This document shows positions 1-12,743 of a DNA stretch of 64,000 nucleotides, piece after piece (the stretch's first letter is position 1; every line of letters begins with the position of its first letter). The stretch is taken from the NCBI GenBank assembly GCA_017499595.2, contig CM039004.1, forward strand, positions 496,001-560,000, given 5' to 3'. Source of the DNA: Psilocybe cubensis. Lineage: Eukaryota. The notes below the pieces were generated by a model. That model worked only from the letters and a program-made list of their open reading frames with translations, was not told where the DNA came from and did not search any database. Both the position numbers and the translations under genes were made by a program.

Positions 1-190
1 GATTAAATCAGCCCACCCATATTCTATTCTGGAATCGCACCCCTCGGATTTGGATTGGCTGAAACAACACTGGCAAATTGTGGTTTCCTTCTGATGTCGA
101 ACTTCCTGCAGGAATATCTTGAGCAGGCGTGAAATAAGGAATTTCTTTGGCGGCAACATTGGCATTAGATCTAGATGTAGTCGTGGTCAT
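1..190 (-). CDS. NADH:flavin oxidoreductase / Old Yellow Enzyme family, N-terminal part (gene runs off the left edge)
   Basis: N-terminus MTTTTSRSNANVAAKEIPYFTPAQDIPAG...LFQPIQIRGVRFQNRIWV is typical of fungal OYE/YqjM-like enzymes. Confidence 0.8.
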
Positions 191-487
191 GGTGGACTGA
201 AGTGAAACAAGAATCGAAGACAATCCTTGGCCACCTCGGTAGTTGCTCGATGGAATACCATGACGTCAAGGAACACTATCAAAAATAGTCTCAAATCGCA
301 CATCATCATGGAATACAAGTTGCGGAACAATATATTGTTGTTCCTAGAGCGAGTATTGTCCCGCTGTCAGTATCTATGAATTAGGTATGATCATAAAAAT
401 GAACCTCGTTCGATTCCTTAATAAATTTTGCGAAAACTGACAAGATTTTGTACTACACAAGTTCAAGATGTGCTAGGGAAATTTCAA

Positions 488-2608
488 TCAGCGAATGAAA
501 ATCGTCTTGACTTCTGTATACGCGTTGATTGCTAGACGGTAACTTCGCTATCAGGTATAGCCTTCCTTGAAATGTCACTTGTCACTTACAATGCTCTCCA
601 AGTTCACGTCCAATACCTGAGCCTTTCCAACCCCCGAAGCCTAGATTTGAGTCCGCAGTCCACGATGAATTAATTACAACCATCCCTGCTTCAAGGCCCT
701 TCGCAAATCGGATGGCTCTAGAAATATCCTTGGTAAAAACACTGATCGTTGTGTATAGCAATCAGATAAAAAAACAAAACTGAATAATATGTCACAACTT
801 ACTATGATGATAGCCCATATTCAGTGTCATTCGCTCTGAAAGGTGTACCAGTTTAAATTATGAAAATCTGATCAATAGACATATTCTTGCCTTCTCAGAA
901 CCTCTTCTTCAGTTGAAAATTTATGTACGACGGCTACAGGCCCGAAAATTTCTTCCCGATTTATTCTTGCGTCGTCGCTGACATCCGTAAAGACGGTTGG
1001 CCTGACATAGTATCCCTTTGAAATCTCTGAATCAACCAAGGAATACGTGGGTAAAGAAAAGAAACCACTGCCTACCTTTTCCGAGCCTGCGACCCCTCCG
1101 GCTAACAAGTTTCCTTCCTTTTTACCGATTTCAAGGTATTCCATGACTCGGTTGTACTGTAATGCACGAGTCAGATTTTAAAGCGTGAGCACGAGTAAAT
1201 CCTAAATACCTGAAGATAATCGACCATGGGGCCTGATACGTTATTTGGATCGCTCGGGTCTCCGAAGCTTATACTCTCGACGCTAGTAGCAAGCCTTTGA
1301 ATGAACTTGTCGTATATAGTATCTTGAACGTATATTCTGCTCCCCGCGATACACACTTGTCCGGAGTTTGAGGTAAAGCTTGCCACAGCCCTGCACACGC
1401 ATCAGCAGACATTTTAATAGAATTTATGAAAACCTACTTGGGTAGCATGTCTTCGAAATCACAATCGTCAAAGACAATGAACGGGCTTTTGCCTCCGAGC
1501 TCCAGGGTGACTGATTTTAGATTTGAACGAGCGGCGGCTTGCGCTACAGCCCTTCCGGCAGCAGGGGATCCAGTGAATGCTATCTTTCTGATGCGCATAT
1601 GGGAGGATAGAAGCTCCCCGGTCTCGCGTCCACCACTGAGGATGGTTAAAATTCCATCAGGAACACTGTCATAATTATCAATGATTTGAACAGGAATGTA
1701 ACGCGACTTTAAGACAAACCCAGCTTGTTTTGCCAACTTTGCAAAGACGAGGGCGTTTAACGGTGATTTCTCACTAGTCTTGATAATGCTAGCGTTCCCC
1801 GTCGCCACTGATTATTAAACTTGAGGATCGCAAGCCATGAAGTATTGATAAGAGGCAACTTACTTGCTGGGGCCGTCTTCCATGCCAGCATGCTGAGAGG
1901 GCTATTCCTGAGCATCATTTTGAAGTCATTAGTTCTACTCTTACGAATGTCGAATTCAAGTCTAGATGAAGTCATACATACCATGGAATGATCCCAGCAG
2001 TGACGCCATAAGGTTGCCGAATTTCCATTCCCACAAACCCAGGTACATTGAGACTGGTTTTACCGTGGACTTTGTCCCTATATGGCCGGCCGAGTACTTT
2101 AGTTCCTTCTAATATATCCATTGTAGCTGCAGAACGTACGCCATGCCCGCGAAGTAACGGAAAATATGCGCAAGGTAATACGCATCATTACTGTGAACGG
2201 AAACAATCCAATAAGTTAGTCAATGTTTCACTAGCGGAAAACCATTTTACAAACATGCAGTCTGACAGGATCTTCCCCATCTCAGACGATAGCACCGTCG
2301 CGATGCTATTCACATTCTCCTCCACGACATCAGCCACTTTATTCAATACCTTCGCGCGTATTGAGGGGTCCCCATTCGCCCAGGCTGGCCATGCTTTCTC
2401 CGCTTTATCAACCGCGGTGTCCACCTCACTGGCACCAGCAACATGTACCGATGCGATTGTTTCTTTTGTGGCTGGATTGATTACAGTTATCATGTCACCG
2501 TTTCCTTCAACGAACTAGAGCAGAGATTTGTTAGCATTAGACGCATGAGACAACTGATAGATTTACTTCTCCAGCAATGAAAAGACGATTTTCAAGAATG
2601 CTTGCCAT
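488..2608 (-). CDS. Aldehyde dehydrogenase (multi-exon)
   Basis: Motifs KIAFTGS, LELGGKSP, NSGQVCIAGSR (catalytic Cys), EEIFGPV; C-terminus YTEVKTIFIR*; start MASILENRLFIAGE. Confidence 0.93.
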
Positions 2609-3258
2609 GATTCTCGGTAGGCTCTTTGTGAATACAAGGGTTATTGCCTGCTAAGCACATTCCGACGAGCTTTTATACAAAACGGCAGCTCCAAAAATGT
2701 TAAAAACGACGGGCAGTACAATCTCAATTTTGTCAGCAGGTTCGCGGCAAGACTGACGTCTCCTCAAGGCATTTTGGCATGTAGAAGATTTTCGCAGTTA
2801 TTGTGTTTCCGGCGCATTGCTGACAATCGATCAATTGAGTCAATGAGCTCAAATCAGGCTCAGTCCAACACATGTGAGACATCTACATGCTCGGCAGTAG
2901 TTTTTCGTCGGTACCTTGTCATCTGATCAGTACATAGGGCCAAAAAATGATGGACATATCTGCTGTTTTCCGTTGGGTGATCATATAAAATGTTCTTAAC
3001 CTATGGAGGCCCGAGGGTGAAGCAAGAGGGAAACGTCATCCATGCGCCCGATAATTTTTTTGCACAATCGGCAATTTCCGTAGTCCTTAGACAGCCGAAT
3101 GTGGTTCTATAGCAGACAAGGGTCGGATAACAGATTTATAGTTGAAGAGGTGCCACTTAATCGCGTTGTGGGACCTCGGTTGGTCTACAATCTGAACTTG
3201 AATTAGGCGGACGGGACGTATTGCGCGTATGAATCAATTTACGGATTTGTAAATTTTG

Positions 3259-3879
3259 TTAATTTGTGGGCCTTCTGACCTCCAGATAAATACTATCGCA
3301 CCACCCCAAATGCGTTTCGAATGTATTCTTTGCGGACCCGATCACTACAAAACCGAGACGCTTGAGTAATCGCAGACTTGCATCGTTACGAGGATCGACA
3401 TCGGCCTTGACTGAAGCATCGGGATCCTCCTCGTGTATGGCCCAAAACTGCTTGAGAAGGGCGTCAAGCGCCTCGAATGCGTACCCCTTTCCCCAATATT
3501 CCCTATTGAAGATGAAGCCAATTTCTTTTCCGTCCCATATGCCTGCCCTTCCAATCACAGGCATCGATGAACCTTCTCGGTCTTGATCAGCCTCAGACTG
3601 TGGGTCGGGCAAACAAACGGCGAAATCCAAAACTCCATTATACTGGCCCGCAATGGTAGCGTCAATAAAGTCTTTCGTTTGTTTAATATCTGTGTGCGGG
3701 GCAGTGGACCTACAAACAGCACAAGTCAACGACAGCATTCGAAGAGAAGTCGAAAAAATATAGGCGCACCAGTATTTCATTGCCTCCGGATCAGTAAACC
3801 ACTTGGTGAAGGCGTCCAAATCGGTTTCTTCAACAGCTCGAAGCAGGAGGCGCTCTGTCCATATTTCTGTACGACTCAT
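3259..3879 (-). CDS. GNAT acetyltransferase, RimJ/RimL-like, copy 1 (one intron)
   Basis: TERLLLRA, YWGKGYAFEA (acetyl-CoA motif A), ADVDPRNDASLRLLKRLGF. Confidence 0.9.
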   Translation of the reverse strand: MSRTEIWTERLLLRAVEETDLDAFTKWFTDPEAMKYWCAYIFSTSLRMLSLTCAVCRSTAPHTDIKQTKDFIDATIAGQYNGVLDFAVCLPDPQSEADQDREGSSMPVIGRAGIWDGKEIGFIFNREYWGKGYAFEALDALLKQFWAIHEEDPDASVKADVDPRNDASLRLLKRLGFVVIGSAKNTFETHLGWCDSIYLEVRRPTN

Positions 3880-4268
3880 TGTATAAATGGGCTTGCTGCG
3901 ACAAGAAGGCGAGGTCTTGTGTATTATATAGGTCGCTATTGGCATGCTTATGACTCGATCGTGGTTGACAGTGACTCATCTGGGGAGCATGCCATCTGAT
4001 TGCCATTTAACAGCGACAACTGTACTTTCCTTGACAATCGCATCGACGACAACGGACTATTGAGGAGGGTTGTCACTGTTCATCGAACAGGTTAAAAGCC
4101 TGCTTTTTAAGGGTTCTATCGTGTATTTGCATAGATTTTAAAGCTTTTGATTGACTTCAGAACATATGCGGACTAGAAATTACCACAAGGTCAGCATCAG
4201 CGACTCAATGGTTCGCAATTTCGGCAATATTCGGACACATACCTCCAAGCTATGAGCATCGTATATAA

Positions 4269-4886
4269 TCACCCAACCGGTCGTCTGGCCTCCAAGTAGA
4301 CGCTATCACACCATCCTATATGGGTCTCGAACGTCTTTTCAGCCTTTCCGACTACTTCAAACCCCAAACGTGCGAGCAGGCGCAGACTTCTCTCATTGCG
4401 AGGGTCCACGTCGGCCTTTACTACGTCATGAGGTAGTGTCGCCCAGAAATGCTTGAGGAGAGCGTCCGCCATCTCGAACGCAAATCCTTTCCCCCAATAT
4501 TGGCGATCAAGCATAAACTCGATTTCCTCTTCACCTCGTATAGCAATTCTCCCAATCACGATCATGGGTGGCCGATCTTTTGATCTACCGCGACGATTGT
4601 TTGAGACCGCGGGATCTGGAATGCACACAGAGAAGTACAAGACACCGTTATACGGGCTTTCAATAACTTCATCGAGAAAGTACTTTGTTTGCTTGATATT
4701 GGTGTGAGGGGAGAGAATTCTGAAAACAGAGTTTGTCAGAGTTGAGGACTGCTTTAAATGTTATTCAGATGCTTACTCGTATTTCATTACATCTGGATCT
4801 GAAAACCACTTGAAGTAGGCATCAAGGTCGCCGATCTGAGCTGCTCGAAGAAGCAGACGTGTTGTCCGTATCTCTGTGGGAGTCAT
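4269..4886 (-). CDS. GNAT acetyltransferase, RimJ/RimL-like, copy 2 (one intron)
   Basis: TTRLLLRAA, YWGKGFAFE, ADVDPRNERSLRLLARLGF; intron after VMKY at the same position as in copy 1. Confidence 0.88.
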
Positions 4887-5453
4887 AGAAGCACCCCTGG
4901 TTGTGTCGTCGCCCTTAAAATATACTGCATGAAAGACGATGTGACTCAACACATCTCCGTTTAGGACACCTTTTTTGGGAAGCACCTTAAAGTGCTTGTG
5001 TTCAACATCGCAGAATGAACTTCAGAGTTTGAAGGTAGTCTGAACCAAGTTTGAACTGTCGGTAGTTTTCGGTACATCGGATGAATACGCTGACCGATGT
5101 GCCGACATATAGGGGTAGTTTACCACACTGATACCTCCCACTTATCGGCTTGAACTCGCCAATAAATTTATAGGACATTGACGATAATGTTCATCATGAC
5201 ACCTAGACAGCATTGAACACATAGCCTTTAAATACATAAAAATTGATACACAGAAGATCGCAGACCACAAGAGGAAATCTTGCACCCACAATAGTTTGAG
5301 CCAGCAAAATGTAAACTGACTCCAGGTTATACAACGAAAAAGAAAAGAAAGTGCATACAACAATAAATCCGTTGGTAATAATCCAGGAGTTCAAACACGA
5401 CTCCTTTGAGAGTGATAATCTTAATCACTTTATCAAATAAAGCAAAGACTCAT

Positions 5454-7983
5454 TTACTGTTTTTTCTTCTTCGCGGCCGGTGCAGCTAGGGGGGACGAAT
5501 AGAATCAGGTACTCAAGAGACAACTTGCATTCGAACGACGCACCTCCAGTTTTGGTTTTAGGTGGATCTTTTCTTTTGACACCTCCATCCTGACTTCCAT
5601 CATCGGAAGCAGGGCTGCCGGCTCTTTTCGCTTTGGGCTTCGCAGTTTTGGTCTTCTTGACGGCCCATTTTCCTACAGGCGCACCAGGGTCATCCTCACA
5701 GTCAGGACAGAACCACTCGCCGTCAGGAACCGCGTCAAGAGGTGGATTCAGGCATTTCAAGTGCCAAGGCGCATCGCACTACAACAAAGCGCATGAGATG
5801 TGACTCGATTATTGAGAACGCATATTAGAAACATACTTTGTCACATTCGAGAGGATTGTCATCCTCTCCTTCATCTTTGTTGCAGCCCACGCAGAGTAAA
5901 GGGGGGGATACATCTTCAGGGTGACGAGGCATATCAGAGAACTTTTCGTTAGGCTTAGCGAGTAAAACAGTAGTGTTTTGACCAGCGGCTATACTACAAA
6001 AGACGTCAGAAAAAAATAACATGGCTCGAGTCCTAAGAAAGGCTCACTCAAATACATCAATGCCGACAAGCATGAGGTTTCTAGTAGGTTTGCTTGCACT
6101 TTTCCGTTCTTCCGGGCCCAGGCCAAGCTCACCTACACAGATGATTAATTTTAGCAATTTGCGAAACATCACTATCGAAATAAATGCATACCGTTATTGG
6201 CATTTTGTCCCCAACATACTGTCATAGGAGTACCATCATCATCAGGGGTAACCAACCAGTGAGTGACGCCCCCAGCTCGGGCCAAGATGACTTTACAAGT
6301 CCTAAAAGTGAGTTTCAGTGGCTGTTTTGAACATCATACAACGGTGAAGACAGACATGATATCTTGCATATAGCGGAAAGTGGAAAAAGGAGAACCAGAA
6401 GAACCTATAAAGATGATGTGTCAAGATAGTATCCGCATAAATTCATGATGCTCACCTTCACCGCTATTTTTCCACTAAGTGTTGGGAATTTGGGATAAGC
6501 GACCCACATTGCGCAAAATATCACAGAAATCTGACCTTGCCAGCCATCCAATACATTTTCTGATTGTCAACGACTACACTGTTCGATGGACCAGCAACGA
6601 TGTCACAAGCCATGGTCATCTCGTTTGGCCCTGCAAACTGAAATTTCGTGAGCATACAACTACATCCTTAACGAAGACATCGTACGTACCTGAGGGACGA
6701 CTTTGGGTTTCAGGACGTCTACTTGGTTCCCAAGCCCGAGTCGGCAGTATCCATTATAACCCCAAACATAGACGACGCTGTTAAAGGTCAGCTATGAGAT
6801 TATGGACCGTGATTGGAAAGAATAGAAATCATTACCCCGCCGAATCAAGGGCCAAGCTGTGCTGCTGACCGGAGACGATCCGAACAATTTTCTTTCCGTC
6901 TAGCTCCTTAACATAGACTTTGATTGGCAGGTTAGCATTTGCTCTGCCAATTAAAATGTACGGTCGACACCCACCAGGTTGAGTCTCAATGTCATACGAC
7001 GTCTTATTTCCGGTGGTAATGCGCTCTCCTGTGGTACCATTTCCAAGCTGGCCCTTCTCAGCACTTCCGAATGAGAAAACTGTACAACGTGGTCAAAAAG
7101 AGAGCACAGACAAGCTGATAGAATGAATATCACCTTTCCCCGACTTGGTGAGGACGATTGAAAAGGTAATCCCAGCGGAAGCTTGAATGACGTGTTCTTT
7201 CTTGCCGCCATGCGAAACCGATACGGACTGGAAAGAAGACACCTCGGGGCATATAGATTGGCCACACTACGCGAAATCCTTTGAGGATAAACTGGCTTGT
7301 TTGCGAACAAGGACAACTTCGCACCTGACCCAAATTGTTTTGTCCCGCTGCCCACACAGTACCGTCACTCCCAACCAGCAAGGTATGGTTCCTGCCGCAT
7401 GCCGCATGCACGAACTTTGTACCTTTTGGTGCTCCCAAATCCGTCGCTTTGACTAGCCGTGGTGCGTTCTCTGAGATGTATTCAACGTCGGGTACCCCAA
7501 GGCAACCAAACCCGTTGCGACCAAACAACCAGGCGTTTCCTTCTATATCGAGAACAACGAAGTGGCATCCAGCGCAGGAAGTATATGCGGACACGGCTTT
7601 GACATTGAGGAGAGAGCGGAGGAGGAATGGTTCCAGCAGGTCGGGATTTCTACATCACAAGAACAAACCAAACCACACCCTCGGGGTGAGTTCGAATGCA
7701 ATACAAATTAATTGAATATACGCACTCCCGTTCCACATGTTCACCTCCAGATGCTCCGCCACGGTCCTTGCGACCAAGTTTAGGCCTTGAAGGAACCAAA
7801 GAAACGACAATCTGGTTGAAGTTGGAAAGTGTGAGAAAGACGGAAAACGCACCAATCTGTTCCACCACATATTAGAACTAGTAAAAGACCGAATTAGCTG
7901 AGAGATTACGATATAAATATTCGATCCTAGTCACCTCGACCCCATTGGACTTCGGGGGATGTTTGTGTTTCGTCAGTGGTCAT
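5454..7983 (-). CDS. RCC1-repeat (RCC2-like) beta-propeller protein with a C-terminal PHD finger
   Basis: RCC1 blades (AACGRNHTLLVGSDGTVWAAGQNNLGQ, FSFGSAEKGQLGNG); PHD CVGC...LECDKC...WHLKCLNPPLDAVPDGEWFCPDC; basic tail AKKKKQ*. Confidence 0.85.
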
Positions 7984-8310
7984 GTAGGGCTTTGGTAGTA
8001 GAGATGCAAGTAGGGTGACTTTTCGGTCACTAGCATCCCGCCAGTGATTTCTCCAAAAGGACGTGGTACATTCAAGCGGTTAATGTGTCTACTTAAGGGC
8101 ACAGAGACAAAGGCAAACATGTTGGACACTATTATACACGTCGTAGATCTATATACACGCATTAAATAACCTAGAATCACTAAAAGATAGACAATCCCAG
8201 CAACTAGGAAAGCGATTGAGGTGCGCAAGAACCGGAGTATTACAAAAGCGGGGATCCCAAAGATGCTCCGAAATAGCCTGCGCTGTATAGCTATTAGAAA
8301 ATTTCAAAGG

Positions 8311-11300
8311 CTACACCTTTCCATGAGAAGCAATCAACACTGGGAAAATGAAATGGTTTGAAAGCTTGTCGAATGTGTATACAGCAAGGACTCACGGAAT
8401 GAAGTTCCGTCTCGCTTGATAGAGTACTATTTCAGGAATGAGAAACCAAAAAAGGGAATTAAAAAACAGAAATTCGAAGACTGACCTCAAAGTCGTCTCC
8501 ATCGAGGACTACGCAGTCTCCGTGGACAAGATATAAGGTCAATGATGACTTTGCGGCCTTGATAGATTTTTTGACCTTTGGTAAAGTGGCGGGTGCTTGA
8601 ACAGTCGGTTCATCCAAATTGACGCTGTGCGTGAGGTCACTAATCAAATTTCCAGAACTGTCGCCATTTATTTTGGGCAATTTTTGTGCAGCAGATAGTG
8701 ACTCAATGGACCGAGAAGTCAACGTCATGACAATATCGCAGCCAAAAGCGACAATGACGACACACTTCTCCTTCGCTCTTAGAATTTCTGGGCCCTGTTG
8801 ATACCACCGTAAAAGTGGCGAAAGCGGGGTGATCAAATACAAAAACCCACCTTTCTAACCCCTGCAGTGATCCATGCAAGCACCGTTAGTCGGTTGACGG
8901 AGATACGCGAGTCTTCAAGGCCGAATAAGAACCGGGCGGAGGAGAGCGAAGCCTTGGCTTCATTTATGCAATCAGGTACCTTGGGCCATGCCTCCGTTGT
9001 TGGGTCTTGCATCGTCTTTGGTGCCTTGGCTGAATAGCTAAAATAAGGTGCTTCAATTGGAAGGTTAGCAAAAATGAACCCGCATACAGACAAAAATCCT
9101 TACAACTATCATTGAAAGGCCGTTTCAATTCAACCTGCAACTGAATCTTATCTAGTAAGGTAGTCGCTTGTTTCTGTAATTCTTCAAAATTTCCAAGAAA
9201 AACATGTTTGATACTTGCTGTACCACTATCATCAAGTGGGTAGGTTATTGTTTGGACTCCATTTTCATGCCTTATAACCTTGGGTTCGACAGACTTAGGC
9301 CAAATGTCGTATGGTTGAGCTATCGGAAGCCGGTCTTGAGGGTCTCTCATAGAGAACAACTCAACCTTGTAGGGTTCCGCTGATGGTGGCTTATCCTAGG
9401 TTTAGTTAAGTTATGTGTAATGCAAACAGAGAAGACATGACACGTATTCAACGTACCTTACACGACGAACTGCCGCATATTCTGTGCCTTAATGCTGCCT
9501 GGTAATTTACCCTTCCACAATTGGCGCAAAGCCAACCTCGAGGAAATCCACTATCCAAAACAAACGGTCCAAACGGAGCCAGAAGTGAAATCGGTAGCAA
9601 ACTTTCATAGATAAGACGATAATGATCGTGTCGGAATTCGTACTCGTGGTTCGTAACTCGAGCCTGTCGATATTTAGGGGTGGTAGGATAATCATCTTCG
9701 GGGTCTGAAGGTGTCTGAGTAGCTTCTGCTAGAGACTCTTTGTCGGGTGAGTTTTGTTCCTCCAGTTCGGTTTTCTCGTCCTTGTTCAAATCTAGACGCT
9801 GAACCCACCATGGGTATTCCAACGTCAGCGGATCTGTGTCCGGCATGATGAATTCCTCGCCACCGGGACGCCATTGCAGACGGAAAAGCCATTTGACTTG
9901 ACCAGATACTGATTGTTGCTCTCCTTGTTGTCGATCACCGTCACTGGGTTCCAGAAGAGTTTCCTGGAAGTTTTCTTCAGAACAAATCCATTAAACAGCG
10001 TAAAGGTTATAGGTTTACCTGTATACCAACGATCCTGAAATATCCCATCATAGCATATGCTGCATCCCTCTTCAAGCGCAGCGACCACCGATTCAGGAGG
10101 TGTCCATACGATGCAATTAGTGTAAGTGGTGTCCCAGAAATGTAGCAGTCAATGATCATCTGAACTTCTGTAGGTAAAGTTGTAGGAATGACGAGAGGAT
10201 CATTTTGCAGAGTATCCGATGTTTGATTAGCCGTTTCAGACGTTTCTCCAGCTTCTACCGTCAATATGGGTTCCGATATCTGTTCAGAAATGGGGGATTT
10301 GTCGGCTACAGACGCCTGGACAGAAGCAGCGGCTCGAGAACCTTCAGGGGCAATAGCAGCTTGGGTTTCTTGAGAAGATTCAGGGGGATGCTTAGAACAA
10401 GTTTTTTGGGATGGCTCTGCTCCATTCTCTGCTACTTCCTGGGCATCCTCCTGATGCGAATGACCACCACAACTCTGACCCCTAATTGTACCAAAAACCT
10501 CCTGGGCAGGTTCCTCAATGAGCTCGCTGAGAAGAGGTTCTTCAGATCCGACTTCGGGTATTAAGCCACCATCTATCTCAACATCGGTGTTTATTGGTTC
10601 GTGCACAGTCTTTGTGTCTGGAGCAGACACTTTAACACCACCAGGTAAATTTATTGGAGGATTCGACTCCAAATCCTGGCCAGATTTCGTGAGGCCATGT
10701 CCTTCATTCTGCGGCAAAGAAACTGTAGCTTGGTCTCCTGCAACATTTCGGGGTACTTGCTTTAGAGAGGTCGATGGAAGTGGTAAAGGTCGAGGTAGTG
10801 AAGCCTGGGACTTGTCTTCGCCAGGTGGCACCTGCCCAGCCGTTGTTATAGGATACAAACTTTGAACGGGTGTGTTATGTAAAGGAATCCATACGCGTCC
10901 TGCTGGAGGTGTCATCGGCGAAAATTGTCCATATGGCATTATCCCTGATTGAAAGGGTATGCCCCAGTGATTTGAACTGGTAGCAAGCGCTTTATACGGG
11001 TTCGATTTCAAGGAAGAAGAGGTGGATGAGGTGTACATTGGTAATGGCGCATCGGTGAATTTGATTCGCCCAGAAGATTGTGGTTCGTCAGTCGGCATTG
11101 TCAACGGCAATTTTTGGTAAGGCGTCATTGGAATCCCTGGCCATGGGGTGTCATGGCAAGCATTCAGTTGGATATGGGGGTTTGAGTTCAATACATAATT
11201 ATGATGGTATACTTGTGGGGCGACATGAACAGAATGGGCTGGCCTCGGTGAAAGTGACGGAAGTGGCGGTTCGGACTCTTCTGTAGACCCAGGGTGTATT

Positions 11301-12586
11301 TTCTGTGCCGGGATACATTGTGATTGATCCATCGATACATCCATACTCGTCATTCCATCGGGTTCCATGCTAAATCGATACAATTCCTCCTCTTTTTTGA
11401 TGATTATCGCAGTAGGTTCAGTTTCTGGTATAGGCGTAGGGATTGAGATATCCTGAGTAGGCTGAGGAAGCTCATGTACGATTGGCTTTTCTTTAGGAGT
11501 TGAATGAGTAGGAGTTGGGTCTGTAATTATATTTGTCTGCGGTTTCTTGGGAGTGCCGTGGACAAATGAACGAGTCCTGATTATTGGTGATTGAGATGAA
11601 ACCAATATTAAATGATGATAAGACGCACGTAACGAGGTCAACAAACCCCACATCCGCATCGTCATGCGTAACTTGAAATGCCTTATTTGCATCGTCGAGC
11701 AAAAGAATCGGTGTCTGATAGTACTCCCAAGAAAGACCATTGATACAAGTCGACCCAGTAAGTTCCGGTAATGTTGAACGTAACTCGGCTTCACTCTGTA
11801 GGGGAGAGAAAATTAGAAAAGGTTTAATGTAGACATATGGAAACAACTAACACCAAACCATATTCTAGGTTGCTCCTTCGTTTCTGGAATGTTTGAAAGT
11901 GTACAACTTGGAAAAACTGGCAAAACTCTCCACTTCAGTGCAGAAGTGGTAAGAGTATCGTTTTCTGAAAGTATCTGTTAGATTACTGGTATCCGGACGC
12001 AGACAAAAACCACTCACCATTTCCTTTCGTTCCTTTTCCTTTCTTCTTAGGCGACTCTTTTGGCTTATTGTTTCCTACCTCAGCTACACTCTTAGCTGGC
12101 CTTCCTCGCTTCTTGGTTTGGCCTGGTTCGGCTGGCTCTTTTTTAGGTGAATTGGTTGCCGATCCAGCTACCGAATCTTTCAGCAAAACTTTCGAAGAAC
12201 GCTTCTTCTTTTTCGGGGTTTCCCTGTCGTCATTCTCATCCGAATCATCGAGTTCGGCGTATGTAGCTGGACCTTTTCCGGTTAGTGAAGCCTTTGAAGA
12301 ACGCCCTCTCTTTTTCGGGTTTCCTTCAACGCTTCCGTTCGTATTCAGAGGGTCATGCTCAGCTGTAGACGTGAACTCCTTGATTTTAACGCGTTTCTTA
12401 GGCCTTTCTTCACCAAGGTTGTCCTTTCTGGTACGCTTCCTAGCTAACAGTCCCGAAATGAGCCGAAAAACACAATGAAGAGGCTCAAGACATACTGGTT
12501 GGTGATGCCTTGATCTTTACTTCCACAAGTCCGGGAAGATGTGAGGAAGGCACTGTCTGCAGTTCTCCCTGGGCATCGTCTACCAT
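8311..12586 (-). CDS. Large nuclear-type protein with a split SRA/SAD-like region, Cys cluster and degenerate AlkB-like 2OG-Fe(II) oxygenase fold
   Basis: Lys/Arg-rich N-terminus (KKRGRP); QPRIWFG/SEAELRSTLP; PLTLIAS...YAMMGYFRIV; GWLCANCGRVN...CGSSSC; VVIVAFGCDIVMTL; LYLVHGDCVVLDG; spliced end YSIKRDGTSFLLIASHGKV*. Domain call is from recalled family motifs only. Confidence 0.6.
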
Positions 12587-12743
12587 GGCTTGCGGATAAG
12601 TGGATAGATGGTGGAAAATGAATAAGATTTCACTCACACTGTCACTGACATTGCAGTCGAAGCTCAATCACAGGATCAATCGCATTATGCAACCGCTTTT
12701 CGGTCATTGCCACCGATGACAACACTCCTTACCTTTAACCATC

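Noticed and set aside
400-420. GTTCGATTCC T-loop-like motif as a tRNA
   Set aside because: No cloverleaf stems or A-box around it
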